A DNA stretch of 64,000 bases from Marsupella aquatica (lineage: Eukaryota > Plantae > Marchantiophyta). The notes under the pieces were generated by a model that ran no database searches, was not told the origin of the DNA, and saw only the letters and a program-made list of their open reading frames with translations. A program made the position numbers and the translations under genes. The stretch spans positions 8,683,241-8,747,240 of the forward strand of contig OZ316899.1 in the NCBI GenBank assembly GCA_973895155.1, in the 5' to 3' direction. Below, one piece after another: positions 22,817 through 36,133 of this stretch (position 1 is the stretch's first letter; each line of letters starts with the position of its first letter).

Positions 22817-25559
22817 GTCTAGGAAGGTTAGTACTCTCCTAACGTGACAAGACTTCTTCTGGATCATTCTCTGTAACAAAATTTATTCGTTTCAAGTAAA
22901 AGACTGAAATCATTTGATGGCAAAACATCAAGCTGACTTTCATGGTCAGACACTGCCAATAAAGTTTTCAACACAACAAACAGAGCAAACATTGCCAAAA
23001 GAATTTTTGGGTACAAGGGTGCTGCATCCTGATTTGCCTAAACTCCATGAACTTACTAGCAGATTCTTATGTTCAATTAGGCAGCATTAAACAGACCAGC
23101 CTTCCACTCAGGCAGAAACAATCCTGGCCCACTCAGGCATTAAACAGGGTCGAGCCAAAAACTTTTGGCATCAGCCGCATAAACACCAAATGTTGCCAAT
23201 GCTAACACGATGAAATATTGGAAGAGATAGAAAAAGATACAGCAGCATTTGAGGCAATAATTGCCAGACGACAGAAAGACAACACAATAACTTATGAAAA
23301 CTGAACACAGCAGACACAAAAAATTGATGCTAAGGAGGAACTAAAGGAGACATACACAAAGTGGACGCAGTTACATCCGTAGGATGGCATTCACCATGGG
23401 TTGGTTGGCTACATTTAATCACGAGCACATTTTACTAGACAGAGGCCCAGGTCCCTGTTTACTCTTCTAGTACGATGGCATTATGTTCCACAGGTCCCTG
23501 AAGTGCTCATTAGCGATCTATGAGGTATAATCATCTCTCTTGCTTGGACTGTAGGCAATATATTGATCGGAATGATTACATGGTTGCTAAGGAAGGGAGA
23601 TCCTCAGACCACAACATAAGTTTAATGTTCCACTATAACAAAATCAAAAATCAGAAATCAGAAATCAGCAAATCAATAGCAGACAGAAAGGAACACTGTC
23701 ATTTGGAGACAGTAAGCTTTATTTTGTTTTTGCAATTATAAGCTTGAGGTGTATGGTGTTCAATTGTTCTGCAGAGCGGTCTTCCACGAATAGTTTTTAA
23801 GACTGATTACATTCAATCTGTCTGGATCCTTTAAGACAACACATATATTGCAGGCACATGTAAAGCTCCATGAACGTTGAGACAAGGTCGGAAAGAGGGT
23901 CCAGGTTGTGATTAAGACAAAAAAACAGAGAGAAACCCCAACTCCAACCATCGCATGATCACACAATCATGCGCTTACCCTTAAAGCCCGAACTTGCTCC
24001 CACAAATGGAAGTCCTTAGTTCCTCCCACCACCGTCCGATAATGGCTGTTGCACTGCAAAGACAGTGCAATGAAGCTCCCACTTCCAACAATGGATAGCT
24101 ACCGCAGCTCCTCAGCTCCCACAGCTCCTCAACTCCCGTAACTCCTCCACTCTGGAACCTCCTATAGTTGATTGCCGATTGCAGCTCGTCCTCACCCGCT
24201 CCTCACCACTCCTCCCACTCCTCAATCACCAGTAGCTTGTTGCCGATTGCAGGTTGTCACGGATTGGCTTGAGCCCTTGAACTCCCGCAGCTCCTTCCGT
24301 GACGGCAGCTCAGTGATAATCTTAGCTGCGCAACCCAAGCCTTGAGCATGCCTCATACCTCATCTGACCAAGCTACCAAGGCACAATGCAGCCAGGAGCG
24401 ATGGCCATGTAATCTGCGTGAGGGGGCCGTCGACGCGCGCGACCCTCACCAATGCCAAGCACCCTGAAGCAACAAGCACTCAGTAACGTGGTGTGCCAAG
24501 AAAGCCAAACATTGAACGTCAAGTCTTGACGGAAGCACAGAGGGGAGGGACCAGGCGCATGCGCAAGTAAAAGGAACAAACGGATGTGCTTATGATGATA
24601 ACCTAGGCACTCGGGACCGCGCGCATAGCTCCCCTACATTGAACTCCCCACCTCCTAGCAACGAGACCTCACCTCTGCTCAGCTCACCTTTGGGAAAAAA
24701 TCAAGCTACAACCGGAAATGTAGCAGCGAATGCGGAGCAGACAAACGACATAGCACAAAATGTGGCAAGCAAAGGATCATAGTAGCGTATTGGAGCATTA
24801 CCTGCGACCTCCACCTTGAACTTGCAAGCAGCAGCTTGCGCTCTGTTGCCCCCCACACACTAAAAAAAGCACACTGAAAAAAGCGCAGGCTCCCGGGGCA
24901 GGCTCACAGTGAAAAGAGTCGTAGACCCAATCAAAGCTCCTCCCCAACAAGTCTTCTTTGACCGCGCAGCACACTTCTCGGCCAACTCGCAGCACAGTGA
25001 ACAAAAATGGCAACTACAAAACCCTTGCAGCCCGAATGGGTCGGAGCTCCATGGAGGCTTGCAATGTGCACACAAAGGCGCTCCAAGAAATGAGCACATT
25101 CAACAAAAGACTCGATGTTTTTTCAGGAAAGAGGGCTCCCACAAATACGGGAGAACACCTATGTGAGAGAAAGCATACCGTTGGATTGGCCTCGTCCGCT
25201 TCGTTCAAATGACCCAAAACGTCCGTTCAAATGACCCAAAACGTACACCCTTCTTAACCCTAAAATCCTTACTTTACACAAGAAGTGAAGTCCCCCCCCC
25301 CCCCCTAAGGCCCTAGGGAAGGCTTGGTTAAATTTAATTTCAGGCTCCCCCAAAAGGCACTTTCCTTGAAACAAAACGGTTAAGAATGTTAAGGACCAAT
25401 GTTATATATAAAAAATGACGCCCATGATATAAAAGGTCCATTTGGACCAAGGGGAAACCTATTTGGACCCTAAACCGATAACCCACCCCTCATTTAAACA
25501 AATTAATCCTTCATGGGAGGTGAGGATGTTGTGCATTACACTAGTATAATTAACTATGC

Positions 25560-28500
25560 AATGGCCATGTGTTTTGGGTGATAGGTTATGTCTGCAGTCA
25601 TATATGCATGCATCAATGACCTCCAATATGACAAGATTAATGGCTTCCAATATGACCGCATGAATGACCCTAAACTTTTAGACTCAATGAGCTCCCTTGT
25701 AACTCCAAAGAGAACCCCCCCCCCAATATTCTTTGAAATGACCACATTTCCTGTCATTTGGTACTTTTGACCTCTAGTATGACAGCCAAGATGACCCTAA
25801 TTTGAGGTGTTTGAATTAATGACACACCATTGTTCCAAAATGACCCAATGAAGATTACACTACCTCTAGGAGTGCCCCTTTACAATTCTTTTGCAATTTA
25901 ATAGAAAATACCCTAAATCCAAATATTGGCAAAAACATGACATACATATATAGAAGGACGATAGCCTTCCACTAGTATTGCACTATATACCTCTTGGAGA
26001 GACAAAAACAATATTTCTTTGCCTTTGGATAGGATGGTATGCGTGATGGTGACACTTTTGGCAAATCACTCCAAAGTTGTATGACTTGGGAGTGATTTTC
26101 CCAAAGTTCCATCATGCCTTAACAATACGCAAAAACACGACATCAAAGTGCTAACAGTGCAACTAGTGGTTGGAGAATAGTAAATATAGTATTTGGCACC
26201 TAGTGGAGGGGTTGCGAGCTCTATGTCTAGGGCCACATGGCAATCTAGGGCCCACCTTCAACCCTTAGCCCCAAATTGGTCATTTATGCTTGTCTTCAAT
26301 GACTGCACTAGGGACATCTCAAATGACCACAAATCCAGTCATTTGACTTATGTGACAGTCCATATGATATATGAAATGACCCTATTTGTGGTCATTGGTA
26401 CTTATGACACAACTTTGTGCAAAAATGACCCAATGAAGGTCCTAGTACCTCCCGAGAGAGCCCACTCTAGGTTCGTTGCAAAAATAGAATATTCCTATAC
26501 CTTTAACCAGCACACACACCATAGAGGGAAGCGCCACTACCACGCCCATTCCATTGGTGTTGCACTACCTCTTGGAGGAACAAACAAATGGCTCCATTTG
26601 CCTTTGGAACATAACATATTCATCCATGATGGTGCTTTTGGAAAATCACTCCAATGTTGTATGACTTGGGAGTGATTTCCCCAAGGTTGCATCATCCCTT
26701 TAGTAATTGCGAAAACATGGCTCCAAAGTGCTCATGGTGCAACTAGTGGTTGGAGAATAGTAAGTATACACTATTCTGGTGGAGAGGTTGTCACCTTCAT
26801 GTAGGGCCCCATGGCACACTAGGGCCACCTTAAGCTCCTAGACTCAAGTGGGTCATTTTTGATGGTCCATAATGACACCATGAGGGACCTCTATAATGAC
26901 CCCATATGCAGTCATTGTGCACAAATGACTTCCAAAATGACTGCAAAAATGACCCTTACTGCAGTCTTTGGCATTAATGACACACTATTCCTCCAAAATG
27001 ACCCAATGAAGATTACAACACCTGCTCACAATGCCCCGACACTATTCATATGCAAAATGGAGTATTCCCCATCAAAACACCGGCACCAACATGGCACAAT
27101 CATATCACAAGATGACAACCTTCCATTGGTGTTGCACTACTTCTTGGAGAGACAAAAAAGGGCTTCATTTGCCTTCGGCACCGATGGTATGCATCCATGG
27201 AGACACTTTTAGCAAATCACTCCAAAGTCGTATGACTTGGGAGTGATTTCCCCAAAGGTGCATCATGCCTTAAGTAAACGCAAAAACATGTGTCCAAAGT
27301 GTTCATGGCACAACTAGTGGTTGGACAATGATGAGTATAGTGTCCCGCACCTAGTGGAGGGGTTCTCAGCTCTATGTGGGGCCCCATGGCACTCTAGGGC
27401 CCACCTCCAGCCCCTAGCCCCAAACTGGTCATTTGTGCTTTTGCTTAATGACTGCACAAGGGACCCCTCAAATGACCACAAATCCAATCATTTGACTTAT
27501 GTGACAGCCCATATGACAGATTTAATGACCCTACTTGTAGTCATTGGTACGTATGACACCAATTTTTTCACAAATGACTCAATGAAGATTACACTACCTC
27601 CTTGAGTGCCCTATCACTATTCATTTGCAAAATAGAATATTCCCCATCCAAGCACCGGCACAAACATGACACAATTACATGGAAGGACGATAGCCTTGCA
27701 CTACTTCTTGCAGAGACAAAAAAATGGCTTCATTTCCTTTTAGATAGGATGGTATGCATCAATGGTGACACTTTTGGCAAATCACTCCAAAGTCGTATGA
27801 CTTGGGAGTGATTTCCCCAACATTATATCATCTCTTAAATAAACACAAAAACATGGCTCCAAACTGCTAATGGTGCAACTAGTGGTTGGAGAATAGTAAA
27901 TATAGTATTTGACACCTAGTGGAGGGGTTGCGAGCTCTATGTGGGGCCACATGGCACTCTAGGGCCCACCTCCAGCCCTTAGCTCCAAATTGGTCATTCA
28001 TGCTTGTCTTCAATGACTGCACTAGAGACCCCCTCAAATGACAACAAGTCTAGTCATTTGAATTATATGACATCCCATATGACCATTTCAATGACCCTAC
28101 TTGAGGTCATTGGCACTTATGACATGACTTTGTTAAAAAATGACCCAATGAAGGTCCTAGTACCGCCAGAGAGAGCCCCCTGTACATTCCTTGCAAAAAT
28201 GGAATATTTGTATACCTTTAAACATCAGACACATCATAGAGGGACGCACGACTCCCCTGCCCATTCCATTGGTGCAGCACTACCTCTTGGAGAACCCAAA
28301 AATAACTTTTATTTGCTTTTGGATGTGATGGTATGCATCCATGGTGACACTTTTGGCAAATCACTCTAAAGTTTGTACAACTTGGGAGTGATTTCTCCAA
28401 AGGTGCATCATGCCTTAAGTAATGCAAAGACATGTGTTCAAATTGCTAATGCCCCAACTAGTGGTTGGACAATGATGAGTATAGTGTCCCGCACCAAGTG

Positions 28501-30830
28501 GAGGGGCTCTCACCTCTATGTGGGGCCACATGGCACTCTAGGGCCCACCTCCAGCCCCTAGCCCCAAACTGGCATTTGTGCTTTTGCTTAATGACTATAC
28601 AAGGGACCCCTCAAATGACCACAACTGCAGTCATTAGACTGATATGACTGCCCATATGACAGTTTTAATGACCCTACTTGTAGTCATTGGCATTTATGAC
28701 AGTCCATTGGTCACATATGACCCAATAAAGGCCCTAGTACCTCCAAAGAGAGCCCGCTTTAGATTCCTTGCAAGGTTGGAATATTCCTCTTCCCTAAACC
28801 CGCACCCACACCATACAAAGAAGCACGACTCCCCTGCCCATTCCATTGGTGCAGCACCTCCTCTTGGAGAACCCAAAAACAACTTTTATTTGCTTTTGGA
28901 TGTGATGGTATGCATCCATGGTGACACTTTTGGCAAATCACTCCAAAGTTGTACGACTTGGGAGTGATTTCTCCAAAGGTGCATCATGCCTTAAGTAAAT
29001 GCAAAGACATGTGTTCAAATTGCTAATGCCGCAACTAGTGGTTGGGCAATGATGAGCATAGTGTCCCACACCAAGTGGAGGGGTTCTCACCTCTATGTGG
29101 GGCCACATGGCACTCTAGGGCCCACCTCCAACCCCTATCCCCAAACTGGTCATTTGTGCTTGTGCTTAATGACTGCATGAGGGACCCCTCAAATGACCAC
29201 AAATCCAGTCATTAGACTGATATGACTGCCCATATGATAGTTTTAATGACCCTACTTATAGTCACGGGCATTTATGACAGTCCATTGGTCACATATGACC
29301 CAATAAAGGCCCTAGTACCTCCAAAGAGAGCCCGCAATAGATCCCTTGCAAGGTTGGAATATTCCTCTTTCCTAAACCCGCACCCACACCATACAGAGAA
29401 GCACGACTCCCCTGCCCATTCCATTGGTGCAGCACTACCTCTGGGAGAACCCAAAAACAACTTTTATTTGCTTTTGGATGTGATGGTATACACCCATGGT
29501 TGCACTTTTGGCAAATCACTCCAAAGTCGTACGACTTGGGAGTGATTTCCCCAAAGGTGCATCATGCCTCAACGCAAAAACATATGTCCAAAGTGTTTAT
29601 GTCGCAACTAGTGGTTGGACAATGATGAGTATAGTGTCCCGCACCCAGTGGAGGGGTTCTCACCTCTATGTGGGGCCCCATGGCACTCTAGGGCCCACCT
29701 CCAGCCCCTAGCCCCAAACTAGTCATTTGTGCTTTTCCTTAATGACTGCATGAGGGACCCCTCAAATGACCACAAATCCAGTCATTAGACTGATATGACT
29801 GCCCATATGACAATTTTAATGACCCTACTTTTAGTCATTGGCATTTATGACGGGCCATTGCTCACATATGACCCAATAAAGGCCCTAGTACCTCTAACTA
29901 GAGCCAACTTTAGATCCTTTGCAAGATTGGAATATTCCTCTTCCCTAATCCCGCACCCACACCATACTGAGAAGCACAACTCCCCTGCCCATTCCATTGG
30001 TGCAGCACTACCTCTTGGGGAACCAAAAAATAGGTTTTATTTGCCTTTGGATGTGATGGTATACATCCATGGTTGCACTTTTGGCAAATCACTCCAAAGT
30101 CGTACGACTTGGGAGTGATTTCCCCAAAGGTGCATCATGCCTCAAGTAAACACAAAAACATGTGTCCAAAGTGTTTATGTCGCAACTAGTGGTTGGACAA
30201 TGATGAGTATAGTGTCCCGCACCTAGTTGAGGGGTTCTCACCTCTATGTGGGGCCCCATGGCACTCTAGGGCCCACATCCAGCCCCTAGCCCCAAACTGG
30301 TCATTTGTGCTTGTGTTTAATGACTGCATGAGGGATCACACAAATGACCACAAAGCCAGTCATTAGACTGATATGACTCTCCATATGACAGTTTTAATGA
30401 CCCTACTTGTAGTCATTGGTATTTGTGATGCAAATGTTTTTAGAAATGACCCAATAAAGATTACACTAGCTCCTTGAATGCCCCATCACTATTTATTTGC
30501 AAATTAAATTATCCCCCATCCAAACACTTGCAGCAACATGACACAATTACAACAAAGGATGACAACCTTCCATTGGTATTGCCCTACTTCTTTGAGAGAC
30601 AGAAAGGTTTCATTTGCCTTTGGATACGATAGTATGCGCGCATCTATGTATGGTGACACTTCTAGAAAATCACTCCAAAGGTGTATGACTTGGGAGTGAT
30701 TTCCCCAAAGCTAGGTGCATCATGTTTAAAGTAAATGCAAGACATGTGATCAAATTGCTAATGCCGCAACCAGTGGGAGGACAATGATGAGTATTGTGTC
30801 CCGCACTTAGTGGAAGGGTTATCAACTATA
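25560..30830. repeat. Tandem satellite, ~575-bp unit x ~9, rich in ATGAC/GTCAT
   Basis: Marker GACTTGGGAGTGATTT (one variant) recurs near 26080, 26660, 27230, 27795, 28375, 28950, 29530, 30100 and 30680. Confidence 0.95.
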
Positions 30831-30920
30831 TCAATGACTCTACAATTATGACCGGTGTCTAGAATGACTATTGAGTATTTTAATCTTCATATCTCTTGGG
30901 TTCTTTAATGACTCTATAAG

Positions 30921-31255
30921 TAGTCATTTATGCAATAAGTCCATAATGGCTGTATGTTATTGTAAACATTGATATATCGTGATTTTTAGATTGACCCTAT
31001 ATTTAGTCATTTATGCGACAAGTCCATAATGACAGTATGTTGTTGTAAACATCGATATATCATAATTTCAAGATTGACTCTGGAGTTAATCATTTATGAG
31101 AGAAGTCCATAATGACGGTATGTTCTTGTAAACACTGATATGTCCTAATTTCAAGATTGACCCTAGAGTTAGTCATTTATGGGAGAAGTCCATAATGACA
31201 ATATATTGTTGTAAACACTGATATATTCTCATTTTCAGATTGACCCCTATATTTT
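30921..31255. repeat. 83-bp tandem repeat x4
   Basis: AAGTCCATAATG at 30937, 31020, 31103 and 31186. Confidence 0.9.
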
Positions 31256-31651
31256 GTCATTTAACATCGTTGGTTAAAATGACGGTAATACATTTTTTGT
31301 CATTTATCACCGTTGTCCAAAATGACATAAATAGATTTTTGGTCATTTCAATCATTGTCTAGAGTGACTATAATGTTGCTAAACACTGATTTATCATTGT
31401 TGTTATTAATTGCGTCATTTAAGACATGTGTCTTAATTGACCATTTAGGGAAATTGGGTCATTTTGGTCGCATCAGTCATTACAAACATTATACAAAATG
31501 ACACAAAAGTTAACATTTTGTCATTTCAGTCTATTGGTCATTGTGGACAGTCATTCCCCTGTCATTCTTTTTGTGTCATTAGAAATTTTGGTCATTTATT
31601 CATCTCCGTCATTGGGTGATTGGTCATAAAGGGCCCTGTTTTCTTCTAGTG
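31250..31651. mobile_element. Right terminus of a CACTA (EnSpm) element that probably includes the satellite
   Basis: Dense GTCAT/ATGAC subterminal motifs ending CCCTGTTTTCTTCTAGTG (reverse complement CACTAGAAGAAAACAGGG). The sequence switches abruptly to a Mutator-like intron after 31651. No left end was identified. Confidence 0.7.
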
Positions 31652-31841
31652 TCCCAACAAAGTCCTTTGTTAAGATGCCGACGATCCAACCAGAAAATCA
31701 TTACAATCACGGCATAACAATGAATTTTGGATAGCGCCAGGCGCTAACAAAGAATATCCCCTTAACCGAAGGGTATATGAAAACATTTTTAGCTAGCGCT
31801 CGGCGCTAACAAAGGACAACACGAAGAGTGAGAGAATTTAC

Positions 31842-34800
31842 TTGACAATCACTTCGGGCCATGTACATTGGAACTCCCATAACCACGTTCAGGGTTTTCA
31901 CACACTGAAACTTTTGAGACTCCTGGCTCGCGGCGATGACCTACAAGATCTGATCATACTCGCCGGTATGCAAAATGGCCAATATACCATCATCTGCTAG
32001 AAAGGGGTCCATTGCACAAAAGAATGAACCAACAATTTTGTGATCTGGGGAATTCCATTTTGGAGACTTCTTCTCTAAAAGGGATGGGCGCAGTCCAGTT
32101 GGGAGGTAAACAAATCCAGCATCAACTCCAAATGATCTTATCTTTCCTCCTCTTATGACTCCTTTGTCCCTTAGACCAAGCAAGACTAGATCTTTCACCC
32201 ACTTCTCCACATTTGACACCCAAGCCGGTTTCTGCTCTTTCGTGAACACACTCTCAAAGAAGTCCATTACGCTGGACTCAACAAAAACATGCCTAGAAGT
32301 CTTAGACTTGAACTGTCCAACATCTCGTTGAACACCAGTGGAAGCGACCAAATCCCGAGAGGAAAATCCATGATCCGAATATTTCTTTTTCTTTTTCTTT
32401 GTGCTGGTGGCATCTGCTGGTCGCACCATCTTCTCCATGTTGGGAGGAGTCTGTTCATCAGGGACATCTTGTTCCCCCGTATCAGCTTTAGAAACGCCAA
32501 GAGTGACAGTCGTCTTTGCATCTTGTGTTTCTTCTCCATCCGATTTCCGTCCACCTAGAAAAAGATACAAAAGTTTCCAAGATTACGGTCCACATAACAC
32601 GAGCGTCGGGCGCTAACCAAACTGCCCAAAAAATCAACCGATAAATAGACAACTTGATCTGCAGCGCTCATCAAAAGTCATTGACATAATCAAGCTGGTG
32701 GAGAGAAAATACATAATGCCAATGGAAAATAGAAGAATCTCACGTTTCTTCCCGGATCTCGTTGATGGGCTGGTTACTCCAGTGTCTACTTTTGCTTTCG
32801 CCCGGGGTTTTTGACTCCTGTCTACATGCAAAACTTTTGTTTTGCAATGTTTCTGCAGCTCGCTCGCCGAGGCATCTACATCTTCCGATAAACCTTGTTT
32901 CATTTCAGAGAGAACTTTCCGAGGCACTAAAGACTTTGATAATTTCAGAAATGCATCCTTTTCAGCTTCATCGAAAGGGGTGTCCCACTTATCTGTGTCA
33001 AGATACCATGGACAGTGGGTTATCTCCCACAATGAAATGTCCGTGGTGGAACATCCCCTTTGGCAGGGTACATTCAGTAAACTTTGCTAAAAGCATCCCC
33101 CTCTAGAACGGACCATTTCTGGAATGCAAGAGGGTAAGCCCAAAAATACTCTAGAGAACTGGTCTCCATTGCTATGTAGAAGCGATACAGATATCTCTTG
33201 GCTCGCTTCTGGTTGCAAATGGTATAGTCTTCCTTATCTCCGTACTTGGACTGCCAAATTGTGCTAAAAAACTTTGCCTTTACTGTTTCACCGTATGTCT
33301 TGAAATCATTGGTGATGTTCAAGACCAAAGCTTCAAACGTCTCCACTCCTCCTAGCGCCAGACGATCAGCAGGTAGGATCGACTAGACTTGCGAAAGAGA
33401 TGTCTGTAACATTGCAATTGCAATTCCTTCCACCAAACTCCACATGTGCCATGCATGATACCACTATTTAACAGGGTCATCATTCACACTTGGGGGATGG
33501 TAAAATTGTTTTCTGAGCTCGGGTGTACAGTGAGTGACAAGAAGAGTACAACTCAGTTGTGGATCCAAGTAGGAGACAGCAGTGAACAGACGCGCGCGGT
33601 CCATTGTATAGACTACAGAGTCCGGCTTCTTTTCTCGTTTGTTCCTCTCCGTAAGAATGTACATTTATGCACAAGTTGACAAAAAATCACCAAACTCTGG
33701 GCTTATCAGGGGGGTATTCTTGGATGTCTTTATGCTCCACTCCTTCGTTGTCTCCTTCATCATGGCAGCATATCGCTTACCAGTCTCTTCAGATGACCAC
33801 GGGCAACCTTGACTTGTCGCAACAGCCAAGTCAAGCTTAAATTGAAGTGAATACGACTTAATCTTGTTTTCACACAAGATGTAAACCAATGCTTCCAATG
33901 GCATTTGCTTGGTATACCAAGACCCCTTTCTTGTCTTGGCACGAACAGTTTGAAATTGCTTGAAGCTACCGGGGTCGATGATCGACTTGTAGGCCTCCAG
34001 GTCATGAGTTAAAATCCAATTGATTCTATCGGCATCGAGAATCCACGATGGTTCCACCACAACTTGCTCTAACCTGTAAGATATAATGGCAAATATTAGC
34101 GCCTGGCGCTAACTAACCTTGCAAAAATCAAGCGCAATCGACCAAATTCAATAGCGTTTATGCAACTTGAGAAATACTTACTGGTTCACCATGTGCATAG
34201 CCGCTTCAAGCTCAACTAGAGAACCTTGATCTCCCTTAAAAACAGTGCATTGAACACGCGGATGGTACTTGATATTGTCTAGATTCTCATTTATTACTTG
34301 GGTCCACGAGTAGAGTCGATGATTCCCGTCAAAAACACAGAACATCTTATCCTTCAGAATGTGGAAATCTGGATCAGTAGCACATTTTGCTTCAAACAAG
34401 TCGTTCTGGGCAACCCAAATAGCATCCCAGGTCTCCCAAATTTCAAGCGTGCAGAATTGAACGACTCCTTCTGAATCCGTAGGCTGAACGTAAAACCGCA
34501 TCCCAATTGAAGAGTTGTACCCAGAGCTCCAAAATGAATCCTTGAGCTTATCGATAGATGCACTATTTTTCTGTAGAGTCCGAACGATTTCCATGTGAAC
34601 AAGCCGACAAAGAGGGATACGCGGCGGCTCTTTCTTCTCCCCTCTGAAATTGACTCCAAACGACATTGCGTATTTCTCGATCACAACATCCATGGACAGA
34701 ACTCCCTCGCCCCCGTCCTCCATCGCAAAATCTCTGTAAGACTCCATGATGCCTCGTTTTGGCTTTGGAATCGCCTGACTAATGTTTCACAAAGAGTTCG

Positions 34801-34891
34801 ACGTAGACGAACGAGTGACTCTCCGAGTATAAACTGATCCGGAGAATGAGGACTCGGATGTTTCAGAATGGCCAGGAGATTGATTCTCCAT
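31842..34891 (-). pseudogene. ParB-MTase-like gene, copy 2 (exons 1-3; exon 4 lost)
   Basis: FCVFDGNHRLYSW, VEPSWILDADRIN, HCPWYLDT, FGVDAGFVYLPTG and MDPFLADDGILAIL, all collinear with copy 1. Same intron positions; several stops and frameshifts. Confidence 0.8.
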
Positions 34892-36133
34892 GTTTGTTTA
34901 AGATGCACACACACGGGGAACCCGCACTGCAACGTGCTTCTCGCGTGATGCAACGTTTCTTGTGGTGCTGTACCGATATGGACGAATGATTGACGACGAC
35001 CCTAAACGGGCGCAGAGGTCGTTCTAACGATCAAGGAAGACACTATCGCAAAAAGATCTTATCTGATATACCCTGTGGCAGACCAACATGTATGACAAGT
35101 ACACATCGAAAAGCACGAGCATCCAAAAGCAGACCTACTAAAGGTTGACACTTGTCACATTTTAACTCGTTTATAGGTACTCATGAATATATTTATCTAG
35201 GAATTCGTTATAAATTGTAACGATAAATGGTCAAAGTTACCGTTTAAAAAAACCGTTTATGTCAATATTCTACTTTGATCTAATAGTAGCGCCTGGCGCT
35301 ATTATAATGCTAGACTAAAATATATCTTGAAATGAAGGGTTTTAATAATAGCGCCTGGCGCTAGTAACATTGTACTAAAAAATCATGCGAATGATTGGAC
35401 TGAAGCAAGAAAGTTTTTGTAATAAACGGCTTCTATTCCTATCAATTTTATGAAAGTGCTAGGCGCTATTTTTCTTTTAGTCTCAAATAGGGCTTAAATG
35501 GGTAGATTTCAATAATAGCGCTCGGCGCTAGTAACGAGACACTTCAAAATGGCTTAGATGTTTGGACCCAAAATGTGCGAGTTTCTATAAATAATGACCG
35601 TTAGATCTTGACATTTTTATCAATTTTATGATAGCGCCTGGCGCTATTATTATGATAACTTCTACTTGAGCTCAAATGGATCGATTTTAATATTAGAAGA
35701 GGGTAATATTGTTGTCTGCCATATAAGATGCTATTTCCAAGGAAACCCGATACATTTCAGCTTAAATGTTGTCATAATGAGTAGCTGTCGTAGGATGTTA
35801 ACCTGTGTCAGTAACCAAAATGGCCGTTGATCTTTGCTTTTGTTGTTCATTTTTGGGCTCTTTCAGATGTGGAAAACGCTAGCACCTGGCGCTACTATAT
35901 TACCCTGTTGGTTACAACGTCAAAACAATTAATTCAACAGTAACTATCCGCCGAATTGATGGTTTTGTCGTTTCTTGAACGGAAAGAAAATCCGTACCCA
36001 ACGGATCCTATAACCGCTCGACGGCTCTTTCCATTTGAGACTTGGATTAAGAAGAAACCCTCAACCATACAATCAAGCTTCATTTTACCATGTATCATTA
36101 TTTTATGTAGTCGGTTATCTTTGGGGAGTTAGA

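Noticed and set aside
23631-23645. CACTATAACAAAATC as the left end of the satellite-bearing CACTA
   Set aside because: Only 11/13 match to the right TIR, flanks differ (TTC vs TCC) and no subterminal GTCAT motifs follow.
22860-25200. Possible host gene remnants or short ORFs
   Set aside because: Only short stop-ridden frames with no recognisable motif; left unannotated.
25560-30830. Repeated 60-160 aa ORFs (e.g. MTAHMTVLMTLL...)
   Set aside because: By-products of the satellite unit; frames break between units and no domain motifs are visible.
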